A DNA stretch of 64,000 bases from Bugula neritina (Eukaryota; Animalia; Bryozoa): NCBI GenBank assembly GCA_964035545.1, contig OZ037766.1:22432767-22496766 (forward strand), given 5' to 3'. Made by a program: the position numbers and the translations under genes. Below the pieces are notes generated by a model. The model did not search any database and had not been told where the DNA came from. It was given only the letters and a program-made list of their open reading frames with translations. This document shows, one piece after another, positions 42,556-56,100 of this stretch. Numbering within the stretch: position 1 is the stretch's first letter; every line of letters starts with the position of its first letter.

Positions 42556-42722
42556 CACACCGCACACACTACACACACTACACACACTGCACGCACTACA
42601 CACACTGCACACACTGCACACACTGCACACACCGCACACACTACACACACTGCACACACTACACACACTACACACACTACACACGCTGCACACACTACAC
42701 GCACTGCACGCACTGCACGCAC
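42556..42722. repeat. 9-bp minisatellite (cacacact[a/g]), about 18 copies
   Basis: Directly visible. Confidence 0.95.
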
Positions 42723-43187
42723 ACATAGGCCTAAAACCACATAATATGAAAATATACAATTAAACATGTCAAGCTATACAAACAAGCATTTGTTGAGCAA
42801 AAAATTAAATATCATTTAATTAATATTAAATTTATTTTTTATTTAACAAATTATCCATTAATTAGATTTAGGTAATCCAGTTCAGGCAACTTCCAAATCT
42901 TAAAATTTTAATTTTTTGTTTGATATATTATTTACTTTTTCAATTTAGTTTTCTGTTTGGCATAATATATATTATTTATATCAGTACATTTGACATTTTA
43001 CACTGGGTACATGTTTATTGTCTGATAACAACATTATCATCACTTCAGTCTGTCGGTGCCACACGCAATGACTGTTTTCAAGTTGGTTTAATCAAAAATC
43101 TCTATCCGTCTCTACATTTAGCCTTTCTTATAACAACGTTATAAAACATACATTTTTAAAGATAGTATTAATTTAAACTACTAAATT

Positions 43188-43295
43188 TTATATCAGTGGA
43201 GTAAGGCGAGTTCTGTGATAGTTGCTAGGGTCAGATAACTCCTGTTTAGACTCCACAGGCTCATATCCAATATATTTATAATAGTCTTTGCATCC
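43188..43295 (-). pseudogene. Inverted copy of the 3' part of the sulfotransferase last exon
   Basis: Minus strand encodes CKDYYKYIGYEPVESKQELSDPSNYHRTRLTPLI*, versus CKDYYKYIGYEPVGSEQELSDPNNYHRTNLIPLI* at 60601-60705. Confidence 0.85.
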
Positions 43296-44719
43296 TTTAA
43301 TAAATACAATTTAGATAATATTTTGTTTTCAATAGCAGTCGGCTAACTTTAGAGAACCCAAAAAAAATAATGGTGAGGGCAAAGACTATCCTGGGTACCA
43401 CTTAACTTTGACTGCTGCATATAAATTATTACAAGCTCTGATTTTATTTATATGTTTTTGTGTGTATACATGTATGTTTGTCTGAGACACCAAAATCATA
43501 TAACTAAACTAATTATGAGATGGCTATAGGCCTATTTATTGTCAGAAATATGACAGAAACCAATGCAGTCATAAAACCTTTTGAATAATCCGGATTAACA
43601 ATTCCTCTACCTGTTCATCTGAAGAACTTGGAAGTATATTTAAGCTACTAGCTGGTTTACAGAGCTGAAAGCTCCTATATTCTAGCCACAGATTTAGAAA
43701 TGTATGCACCAACTGTAGAGCCAGGCAGAGATGAGAGAGATAGAGAAAGGAGGAATATATAATACAGAACAGTGAGTTAGAATCACATTTAGTGGAACCA
43801 GTTCAACCCAAAAACTAAGTCAACATCCATCTTGAACAAAGGAACATCTTGAACATATGACATCATTGAACTATAACCTCATTTTTTCAGTTCAGTTGAT
43901 GACATAGTGTATTATAACATGCTAGGTAGTATACTTACTATAATAAGAGCACCATCAAATACATACATGGGACATACAACTACCTGAGGATAATAATAAT
44001 AGTTTAGTAAGGGCATGCATAATTTTACATATAAACTTTCATATATGCAGGGCTACTTAAGTGGTAATAATGTGGACTTCTAATTTAATGAGATTCATAG
44101 CAGTTTACTCTAACTGTAGCTACATATATACTTATTAACACTTTTATTATTCCTAATTTTATGCTGAGTAATGGGCAATTATTAAGAGAGCATTCTGATT
44201 ACTGACCAGAACTTAATCCACTCTCTCCTTTTCCCTTTCCCTCTCCTTCTCACAGCAGGCTAGCTATCATAATACCAGCATAACTTGTATATAACTTATA
44301 CTATACTATATAGCCTACTATACTTATACCATATATATGAGGTACTTAGCACATTCTTAAACCCCATTTTCTAATATAAAAAAGGTTTGCAAACTTGTAG
44401 TAAAGTACATATGTAATTTAGTATTTTTAATAGGCAAATAATGAAGAAGAGTAATGATAGTGATACTGTAATATCTAGATACTAACTGTTTAGAAAGAGC
44501 AATACAACATTAAATATAAGTGATGACTTTAACATTAACAAGGAAACACGATTCACATCCACTAATTATAGTTATATTGAGCATGGAAAGGTAAAAACTC
44601 TTGCTGAATTAACAGTAATTAGTTGTTTCTTTTTTTGATGAAACTGAATTTTATTTAAGGGTGGAAATGTAAATTTAAACAATGATAGAAATGTGAAATA
44701 TGATTCTAAAACAATAGAT

Positions 44720-45075
44720 AATCAGTTATCCCCTTTTCTATGGTAAGAGAGCACAACTTGGATTCAAGTAAACTTAACTACAGTAAAGTGTAATGGAGGC
44801 GTGGCCTGTGCAATGACCATAGTTGATAAATGGTAGATATCAGATAGTACGTGTAGAATAGAAACGCTAGCGTGCATATGGATAGATAGAGAAGAATCCA
44901 CATAGAGAGATGTATAGAGAGTGTGGGCACCAGGAGATATTTTAGGAACAAGACATAATTACCAGTGTGTCAGAGTGTGCTATAGCTAGTGCTCAACCCA
45001 GGATCCATCTCTAGAAACCATCTTTGGCTGTGAGAACCTCTCAGCCAACCCGACCCCTAAGCCGGATAAAAGGTT
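44720..45075. mobile_element. Dispersed repeat, copy 2, flanked by 9-bp direct repeat ACAATAGAT
   Basis: ACAATAGAT at 44711-44719 and 45076-45084; similar to 35566-35860. Confidence 0.55.
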
Positions 45076-46099
45076 ACAATAGATCATTGTTAGGTGAGTT
45101 GACTAATATAATTATAAAACTTTTAAATTTTAACTTGCATTTTCTACGACATTAAAATAATAAGAGTATTTTGTTTTTAAAGAGTTTTTAAATTAGTGAC
45201 ATGCCTGCACTTGAATTGCATAAATTACACTAAAAGTTTTATAAGTTTACCCCCCCCCCCCCCCTCCACTCTCTGAACAGCTATTAGTATCAGTATCTAC
45301 TATTAAAAGTAACATCATATCGGACACAGAAAAGTTATTAGCAGAAATCTTAGCAAAACTGTCATAAAGAGGCAGCGGAGTAGACTAACCCAAAACAAAT
45401 ATATTTTAGCTGCATATTGTAAAATATTACGGTAACACAACTCATCACTATAAGTCCTTTTCTACAACATATTGTCTGCAGCTAAGAGTCTGCTAGAATT
45501 AATGTTATGGCCTCACCTCCAGGAAACAGTTTACCTTTCGGTATGAAAATCCGTTTCATGTGGCTCTAATTGTATGGAAGTGCTTGAAATTTATTATGCA
45601 ATGCCCTGAAGAATTAAATGCACTGGTTGGTGAAGCATTGCATCTTTATGAATTGCATATTAAGTATTGTTTTAATTTTAATGAACATAGCGTATTTGCA
45701 CTTCCCCAGTGTAGGTAGCAAAAGTTTCTGTTACACTTCCTTCTAAGATTTTACAAGTTTAAAAATTATTAAAGTTGAATAATTGGCAATATGGTGATTG
45801 ATATAAATACTCAAATACCCATCATGTCAGTATATACGTTAGGACTAGCTTTGTAAATGCCACCTTTGGCTTTGAAGTGGTGTTGCATGTATTCACTTTT
45901 AACAGACTACGAGAGTGTCTGTTAGCCATTTAAGATTAGTCAAATCCGTATAATTTATCAGCATTATGCACGAGAAGGTGATTTATATAAAAAACATTGG
46001 ATAAGCTGCTAAGTAGCATAAATGAGGTCATGCTAATATAACTAGACACAGGCAATAAGTGATCATCACGGGCTTTTCTATGGAGTGCCAAATGGTCAA

Positions 46100-46410
46100 A
46101 AATTCACTTATTGTATCTCATATGCTTATAATAAAGTATCTAACCATTATTCTCTCTCATATGCTCGCAAAACGCTCGCATTGGTCTATAATTTGCTTTC
46201 ATACCTTTATTTTTTGTGTTCTTATGTCTATTATTTGGTCTTATACTGTCATTATTCCTTCCCATACCCTTATTTCTCTTCTTTTTATGCTCATTATTCA
46301 GTCGCATATTTCCATTATGCACTCTCATACCCCTATTATTTGCTCTGTTATAGACATTATTCATTCTCTTATGCTTATTATTCTCTCTCATACCCCTATT
46401 GTCTTGTTTT
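46100..46410. repeat. Degenerate 21-bp minisatellite
   Basis: Unit like ttattc(t/a)ctctcata(c/t)(c/g)c(c/t)ta, about 14 copies. Confidence 0.85.
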
Positions 46411-47173
46411 TGTGCTTGATTCTGACTTACTAGTATTTGTGTGCACTCACAATAGTTGAGTATATGCCAGTCTATTCGGGTCACACTACTAAGCTCTACC
46501 TCATTTATCAAACCTGATTGGATAACTGCAATGACACCAAAAGTAATAATAAATGCTGAGTGGGTGCCTAGGTTTAGTTAGCCATTCTTCATTCATAAAT
46601 ATCAGTCTAGGAGTGAACAAGTTTTACCAGCTAGATTCTTATCTCCATATTAACTTTTAAGCTAAATCACCCCTCGCAAATTTACAAATCAGTTGGGCTT
46701 GAGTTCCTATAACTATTCAAACAGAATAGCGTTTGCTTTAAACTTCTAGTTTGAGATAGAATTGCTCGAATTTTTATAAGTGGTGTTCAAAAGACAGCTT
46801 AGCAGTTTACAGATAATTGTAGGTAAAAAATCTTTTTAAATAAATAGCTAAATATTTGCTTTTAAATTCAATGCCAAAATACTAAAATTAGCAGTTGGTT
46901 ATTTTCACTAACTTCCAATGCAACAAACTATTATTAAATTATGAGCTGCCAGTCAATTTTGTTAGGTTCATAAGTGTAACTGCCCATCTAGATTGACATG
47001 AAGTTTCTAACAGGTGTATTTTTTAGTGTATAGTTTATTTTTCCCCAAAATTGTTCACACCATTTACACCGTGAAACTCTTTCACCCTTTCTAGGAGAGA
47101 GTAAATATAAGTAAGTAATATTTTACACCATGCTGTTGTGAGAATAGCTATAATATATGAAAGTAAATGTGAA

Positions 47174-50100
47174 TATCTGAATAGAACCCTGCTGCCTCAG
47201 AGTTCTTACTGGTGTGTCCTGGCTAAATGTGCGTATCTGTTTTACTGATTATGTGAAAAGTTAATGCATTTATTTTTTTAGTCATCATTTTGGGTGCAAT
47301 ATCAGAATGTGCTCGATTGTAAAGCAGTCAGCTAGTTGTTATAGTGAGTGCAGTCAGTGCAGAATAAAACATTTTACTCTTTCAATGTTACACTTACTAG
47401 AATAGTCATGAGGATCAAAAACAGTAACATTTTAATGTGAAAAGTGACAAAACAAGTGCTAAAAATACCAGAAAAATTGGTGACTCATCGCAATGGTTTT
47501 ATGATTTCAGTCTGGGTTTTTAGATTATAAATAGCTGCTATATGAAATATACCTATACCTATACCTTACTTTCGCTAATTACTGCCATAAGTTACTGCTG
47601 TTGTTTTTAAAATTTTTACTCTTCAGAGGTTATTGCTGCATTATCCTACAATAGGTTTGGAACAACAAAAATTAGAAGTATTTTCTTACAATATTATGTA
47701 ATAGTGGTTCATTTGAGTAATTGGTAATATTTTGTAAACTAATCAACAATAACTTTTTGACAGGTTGCAGCCAAGTTTACATTTTACATTTTCTTTCGCT
47801 GATACCAGGTTCCCACGAAAGTTGGATGGTAGTAAATATAAGTTCAAGTATAAATTCGGCCTACATAGCTGGTTCATACTTTTGGAAACAGTTCAATATA
47901 AGTTCATTTTATTTGTTTGTGCCATGATTAGAAAATGGTTGGTCGCAGGCTTACGGTTGCATTGTACAGAATGAAGTTTAGAAGTTGTAACTATTTTATG
48001 CAAAATAATGAAATAATAAATGCAATATTTGAAATGACCAATTCTCTATAGCTGCCTTACACCGGAAGCATTTTGGTGAGTGTTGCAGGATTGTGTTTGC
48101 TACGAGTTATAACCTACATTCTGCAAGAAAATCCCACCTCATATAAATTATGTAATCAGAAATACGCACAGAGTAAGCCTAGGGCCACACTGTGCGTATT
48201 TTCGCATGCGAAAATTGAAACCACAAGTAGCAAAGGTGTCCACTGTAGCGTCAGTGATGCGTGATAAATAAAGCTTTCATTTTTAAATCGCACTCGCTTT
48301 CAATAAAACGCAATTTATGCCCATAACACACTACAGTCGAAACGCGACTGTGGCGGCCATTTTGAAGCTGCTTGCGCATGCCTTCAACGTCACGTCCTAC
48401 TTTTTACTGGTCACACTACAGTTCACTACGAACGATGAAAGCTAACTGTCTCTAGTCTCGCAGTAAACTTTTAAACCAATAGGAATGCCATAAACCAGTT
48501 TCTGCAGTATCCACAGTAACCAACAATTAATCTTGGCGCAATTTTTTGAGATTTACTAGCATAATTTAATAAGATTTTCTAGTTATTTTTATTCTAATTT
48601 ACTAGCTTCAATTATTCAAAATTACTAGCTTTATTTAATGATATTACTTAGCTTTATTCAAGCTCATTCACTAGCCTAAAGAACTAAATAGTTATAGTAC
48701 GCTAATAAAATTCAACCAAATTAGAAAAACTAATTATGCAGATAAAATTTAGCAAAATTTATCTAATGAATACTTATTTTTATGATTTATTGAAACTTTC
48801 ATACATAACTTCATCATAATTATTTTAAAAGTAAATTAATATAATTTTCGAAGAACCAAATCAAATAATAATGCTCGCTAGTAGCACGTGGAAAAAGTAA
48901 AAGCACTTAACCAGTCAGGGTTTACCTGGCCAGTCAGTGATTGGCTGATCGCTCAACTTCAGCGATGACAGTTGAACATGTTGAACTGACAGTTGCGTTC
49001 AGTTGTGACGTCACAGAGGTCAACGCTTAGCCTCGAAAACGCGTTCAAGATGGCCGTTTTGACTGTAGTGTGGCAGCCCCATTACTGGAATGTAGCACTA
49101 AAATAAAGAAATTGGGCTCACTGAATAACTACCAGCCAATTAGGTGACGACTACAGAGGCGCTTCGCACTTGCGTTGAGAATGCTGAGCGACAAGTGCGA
49201 ATGTTTTCTCAACTCGTACAGTGGACACCTTTGCTACTTGTGATTTCAACTTTCGCATGCGAAAATATGCACAATGTGGCCCTAGGCTAACAGTTAATTT
49301 TACGTAATCAGTAAGAAAGCCATGGCTATTAGTAGAAAGGCATGCATTAGAAGCTGGTTATTATACTTAATATAAGGAAAAGCACCTGGCTATTAATAGA
49401 AAAGTATACAAACCTTAGAATAATTTTAGGTTTACTGGGGCATACACAGTTTTACCCCAATGGGTAGTTATAATCTGGCAACCCCCAATGCACTGCAGGT
49501 AGAAAGTGCTTGGCTAGATAATTTAAAAAAATATTTTATGACTTTTGAAAAAACTGACCAGCTAAAAACAGTAATTTTTAATAAGTTACCCGAACTGGCT
49601 AAGAAATAAAAAAAAAACTTTACTCAATCAACTTTAAATTCACCTAACATTTGAGCTGTTGGAGTTGATCATAAAATTTCCTTTTAGCTTTTGACGTTAG
49701 TTTTGTTGTATTTTTTACTTGTTACAAAGACTTTCGGCAATTATTAGATTCTTTAATAACATTTTCTCAGCATTTTCTATTTTTAAAGGCACTTTAAAGT
49801 GACAGGGGACCACAAATTCAGCTAGTCAACCATTTTGTATAGGTATATTTCATATAGCAGCTATTTATAGTCTAAAAACCCAGACTGAAATCATATAACT
49901 GTTGCTACTTGCTACTTGAACAGTTTTTGGCTGCTGCGCTGCACTTATTGTAGCGCCCTTGATAATAATAAAATTTAATAAATTTAGTTCCATTAGTTAG
50001 CTTACTGACACTTTGCTGCCAATTTATTGATAGCCATTGATAGCAATTCAAACTGTTATAATAAATTATTTCATTTAGCTCAATCATCATTTGCAAAAGC

Positions 50101-50521
50101 CATTATAACATTTTACAGACATTGCCACACTAAGCATAAATCCACCGCTGCCTTTGTGTTGTCACATATTTCAACAGCGATAAGTCATCAATTTTTCTCA
50201 ATTTTTCTCGTATTTTTAGCACTAGTCTTGTCACTTTTCACATTAAAAAGTTACTGTTTTTTATTCTCATGACTGTTCTAGTAAGAGTAACAAGGTGGAT
50301 TGCATGTATGTGAAAGAGTAAAATATTTTATTCTGCACTGACTGCACTCACTATAACAACTAGCTTACTGCTTTACAATCAAGCACATTCTGATATTGCA
50401 CCCAAAATCATGATTAAGAAAACAAATGCATTAACTTTTTACATAATGAGTAAAACAGATATACACATTTAGCCAGGACACAACAGTAAGAACCCTCAGG
50501 CGAAAGGGTTCTATTCAGATA
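47174..50521. mobile_element. Non-autonomous DNA transposon with long (about 370 bp) TIRs and TA flanks
   Basis: tatctgaatagaaccct...cctggctaaatgtg at 47174 is inverted at 50460-50521; the arm match continues to about 47545 versus 49840-49895 and 50170-50460. Confidence 0.8.
48177..49287. mobile_element. PIF/Harbinger-type MITE nested in the previous element
   Basis: About 70-bp TIRs GCCTAGGGCCACAC..GGTGTCCACTGTA / TACAGTGGACACC..GTGGCCCTAGGC with TAA target duplication on both sides. Confidence 0.85.
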
Positions 50522-50951
50522 ACGAAATGGAGAATACAAGTTGGGATGATCTCATTTCTCCAGTAGGCCTACTACGGCAATTAGAAATATCTGGGTATGT
50601 GAATGTGAACAATGAGGGTATCTGAGCAAACTACAAAGCTATGAAAACTTTATGTAATAAAGAGTACTGACTATAGAATATAGATACACTAGATACTTTA
50701 CAGTGGTGTATGAGATACTATAATTACTGAGTTTCCGACCAGTTGACCACCGTAGTTTTCTATATACAGCTATAAGCAATTTTGCCCTAAAGCTAACCTT
50801 GGTAAGCTGGCAAGCATTACAATTTATATAAAAATATTCAAAAAGACATATTTGTTCACTCAATTAGTGACTATAGTTAATCTTTGAATGGCGTAACTTG
50901 AAAGAGCAACTCTATCTATAGTGGGAGGGGGGGGGGGGGGGTGCAAACATG

Positions 50952-51178
50952 CAAAAATAGGTGGGTGGAGCACATCAATATTAGTCTTTGTTGCTATATA
51001 TTACTGCGAAGCCATCATTCCGCTTATTTCAAATCTACAAGTTACTTTTTTGCATGGGGGGGGGGCTCTGATTTGAAAGGGGTGGATATACAAGAGTTGA
51101 AATCAGTAGAATGTGGACTTCGAAGTAATATTTAGCAACAAAGGCAAGAATATTGATGTGCTCTACCCACCCATTTTT
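50952..51178. repeat. Short inverted repeat / MITE-like hairpin beside G-runs
   Basis: gggtggagcacatcaatatt...tttgttgcta.atattact.cgaag is inverted at 51118-51178; poly-G at 50927-50941 and 51056-51065. Confidence 0.7.
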
Positions 51179-53141
51179 CCATATTAAGGCTAGGCACTGC
51201 CATTGTAGCAGTTTTGTTTGGTCTGCTAGCAACCGCAAGCTTATCAGAGTAGGTTTGGGAAGTCAACTGATGTCTTGTGAGTGTAGTTATTAGTATTTTA
51301 TTCCAACTTATAACACTTTTGCTCACAAAGCTGCACCGTGAAATCTAAATAAAAATACACACAATATAAGGCTAAATAAAGTACAAGAAAGTATGAATTA
51401 TTAGAACTTAATAAACGGAGCACAAATATAACTGCATAGTAATTTACTGAAAATAATGTCAGCTTTAAGCCAAAAATAAATGTATTGATATTACAGCATT
51501 AAGACAATAAATGATAAAAAATTAATAGCAGACAGACCTTTAGCTCTTCTCTGATAACTTGAAAATATAACTTCTGCTCTTAGGTTTTAATTATTATTAA
51601 TAATCTGCATCTTGTCTAATGTAAAATTATAAGTAATAGAACTTGCTTTCTGGCTCTACTGATTGCAACTGATCAGGAAAGCCAGTGCTTTCCAACAGCA
51701 GCAGAACTGTCTCAAACACAAATAAAAACCAACGTTCTGATCCCGTCTTTAGAATTTTGTATTATATATATTTGATTTAAATTGTGGCTTGTTGGGCGAT
51801 TGTGAGGATTCATGGTTTTGTTTAGGAGCTAGAATGATGAGTCATTAAACAAACAAACACTCACTATAATTGTCAGTTAGGTGCAAAATCGAGATTTTGT
51901 TAGAAATTCCTCACTAAATAGCATTTTGTTGGAAGCTCTTAGCTTGTGTTAGATGAGCCCTACCAACATTTTTGGAAGTGTAAAAAAGATTTCTATAACA
52001 GTGTTGTTATCATTAAATGAAATTTAGAAATTAGCTGTTTAGTAAGAACTATAAAAATATTATATGGGCTATATAGATACTGACCATGCAAATAACAAGG
52101 AAACATGATTCACACATAGATCTACTGATTTTAGCTATTATAGATATTATAGTAAGACAAGAATTTAGTTGACATTATAACACTAGTTTAAATTTTTGGT
52201 TATAGCTGCGCCTAGTAAATTTACATTGCAGTTAGTTAGTTACGAGCCAGCACCACCTTGTCATATATAATTTCACTACACAAGGCCACACAACGCCATG
52301 CTTAAAATATAGCTGTGGAAAAACAGGATGTATTAAAAGAATATTGTGCTGGTTGTTGGAGCTTATAAAATTAAGCCCCGAGTGTTTTTGATGGGACTGT
52401 AGCTTATGTAGCGGTCGGTTGATTGAAGTTAGGCTAGCAATGCAGTGCAAGGCTGAATTTCTTCTACGCAGGTGCCAGATTCTTTTTATAAAAGTTGTAA
52501 ACAATGGACTTAAATTTTCAAGCTATTGTGTGCTTTTGCTGAAAATAAGTCTTCGATAGCTAGATTGATGTTGAGTATTACCTCCTCCAACCAATATTAT
52601 TACAACTTAACATTCATTTTCAGTTTTTGCAACAGCAAAATACTTTATACCAGCCAGTTTCTCTGATCTAGATTTAAATCTCTATCTCAAATATCAATTT
52701 TATAAAAAGTAATTTAAGTGAGTTGCAAGATAATGAAAAAATGTAATAAAGACTTTAAAAAGAACAATCTTGATTTTAAGCCTTACTTGTTTTACTCAAC
52801 ATTCAGAAGAGAAATATAATATATTATACTGTTATGTATGCAATATATTGTATAGCATGTATAGTAAGACTCACAGAAACATGCCAGCATAATCAAAGAA
52901 ACAATTAAAGTCATTTATATTTTAATTTAGGCATGGTGTGGTGCCTCATAAATATTAAATTTGATAAAATTAAATTAAGCTGTTTGGTTGGCTTGTGTTT
53001 TGAAAAATGCGTGGTTTCTTAGGTCTAAATAAGCCATTAAAACTAAGTTAAGCAACCATACACTAGTAAAAGCTGTTATATATAGGCAGAATAACTCAAA
53101 AAAGAGCATTGTGTCACAGGGTTGGAATTCCATCTGAAAAA

Positions 53142-56100
53142 ATGAAGGGGCTGACACGGCAGAAAGGAGCTCTGATAACAATTGGAGTTCTGACTATTAT
53201 GGCGTTCTACCCAACTGCAATATATAAAAAAGGTATATGATGCAAGTTTTATTCATGTCAAGTTGATATGTAATATATAAAATGAATATAGTTCTATTCA
53301 TATTGTATATAATCAATAATAGGCAATTATCTTTTATAACCTTATATGTTGTTGTATGTGAGCAGATAAATTTTTGCAGTTTATAGTATATAGTGTAGAT
53401 AATCTAAATACATATAACCCCCCATCTTGGTTTTACTACTTGACTTAGATTGAACATGTAAAGGCGCCATGCACACTTGAACCTTAATTACCATTAAATG
53501 AATAAAAAGTCAGACTACAAATAGTTTGGTGGCCTAACCTATATCAAAAAAATTATGTTTTTAGACACTCAGAAATGTTGAAATATAAATAAAAAAATAT
53601 AATATCCACCGCAATGCTTGCAATAATGTTTACTGCTTATACTACCAGAAGATAATTCAGTTTCAAATCATGTTTTAAAAATGCATTAATTTTGTTGATA
53701 TTTTTTTCTTTAACTACAGTAATTATATTATTTGATATTTAAACCTAAAGCTAGATACCAGTACCACTTTATGCATTCTTATCTACATCGTTACATGCAG
53801 GGTCCTGTATATATTCACATGACACATCTTGTTTTCAGTCAAGTTGATGCAATGTTAATCCATTCATATGCGTGTAGAATTACTACAGATAGTAGGAGTA
53901 AGAGGTATCATGACTGTATTGAGATCAGAATCCAAAGTGATCATTTCTAAGAAAAACAGCTCAAGGTGATAAATCTATTAGTCCAACTATCTTTTACCAA
54001 TACCTTCAAATGTGTGATTTGGCTATAAGGATGTTTTGTTATATCCCATGTAAGAATATCTTTTATGTGTGGTATTTACCAATCACTATTACATTTAGTT
54101 GAAAAGCCCTTTTATAGTTGAAAGCTATTTATGACTACCGTGAGTGGATTGTAACATTGCAACAGTATTTTAAATACATTGATATGCTGTAAATATGCTA
54201 TATATTTTATGTAAATTTCTACTTCTACAGTAACATTTGCATTTAAGCAACTATATAATGATGTATGATATTGCCTAATATGTGAATTAGTTTACAATAC
54301 CATAGCAAAAAGTTCCGACAATTTGTTATACCTGTACATTTCCATTCATGAAATAGCGTGGATATAGTTATTATTAATGTCTGATCAACTACAACAATTG
54401 CAACAGTACACGACCAATTGCATGATTGCAGTACATTCCCAATCTTTCCTTTACTGTACAGCTCACCAGAACTTCCGTTGGATATTGGTTGCACTCAGAC
54501 AGACCCAAATTTATTTACTGAAAAAGGTCACAGTTTCCATACAGACAATATAGAACAATGCAAAGAGAAATGTTCAAGGAATTTTCTGTATTATTTATTT
54601 AACGCAAGTACAAGTATTATTCATTCATAATTTAAAATAGCTTATATATGTATGGAAATTTAAGCTTTTAGGCCAGAGATACTTGAACACTAGTCGTACT
54701 ATATACACTATACATTGATAGTATGCATTTGTTAAGCAATTGGGCAATGGTTGAAACAAGTAGAAAAAACAAACTAAATTTGAGTTGGAGGCACACAAAA
54801 AAGTCTAAAAGCAAAACAATGCATGCTTCTTATTATTTTAAGATAAACATTTTCATTATCTTTTAGAAACCAAAATTGAGATGTTTCTGCACGGACCTCT
54901 GTCATAACATGTACAGGTTTGATCCAGCTTATTGTTTGAAAAGTAGTGGTTACAGCTTTGTTGGAATCAGAGGTAGACATCTTTATATACATCGTGGTTT
55001 TGAAGAAACTGCAACAAACAAGGGGCTGCTTTGTATTTATTAATTTGTGCAATGTACCTCAATTGCATATTGTTCTCTCAAGAGAGAGCAATACAAATTT
55101 TACATTTATAGCCATATATGATTAATGAGAAAACAGGAAACTTGCTGAAAATTTCTGCAATATTTTCAAAGTTTATCAAAATGTGTCAATTAACTTTCAA
55201 TACTTCATAAGCTAGATACTTGACTTGTAATTATAAAACTGAAAAATATATTTTAGGAAACACAACTGGTTTACTAGTGAGCAAATATTTGTCCAACTCT
55301 GCAAGGAGCTGCAGATGTACATCACACTCTTGTGAAAGTATTACCTGCAGTGACATAGGATCTGACACATCATGCTGGGCTGGACCCAAGAAAACAGATC
55401 TTCTCAAATACAAGAGACTTTCAACTTTAGATCGCTGCCCAGATAAAAAGTATATTGTCAACAGTTTAAATTTTCAAAGCACCGACAAATTGGTAAGTAA
55501 TGAGTAAGACACCTATTGTAAACTTTTTATGAACTATTAAATTAATCTATTCAAAATTGAAGGATGCAGTGGTACATATATATGCTCAAATAAAGTGAAT
55601 AGTCACTAGAAATAAAGGTAGTCTATTAATTCAAGTGTTAATTGTTTTTGATGTTGTTTATAAACAGTTCTAATTTCAATACCACTATTTTCAATAGAAT
55701 TAAGGATAAAATTATTACTTTCATAGAACGTAATGTTTTTATTTTGATGTATTAGAAGAAAGTTTGTAATCAAACAAAATGTCGGTTTTGTTTAAGTCAA
55801 TTTTTACAACATTAACAAACCAGTAAGTAATAAGTAAGTCTTTTAGAATTTTAGGATTTCTATTTAGAAGAGAAGCTGATGCAATTGTATGCTCAAATAC
55901 ATAGTGAAAAGCCATTAGAAATAGAGGTAGTCTATAAATTCAAGTGTCAATTGTTTTCAATATAGCTTATATAGAGCGCTAATTTAATTTCAATACCACT
56001 ATTTTCAATGAAATTAAGAATAAAATTAGTACTTTGACAGAACACAATGTTTTCAGGACAAGGTTTGCAACCAAACAAAATGCCTATTTTGTTTGAGTCG

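Noticed and set aside
42508-42767. CSV/HT-repeat ORFs resembling metallothionein or His-rich proteins
   Set aside because: Frames of a 9-bp minisatellite with no gene context.
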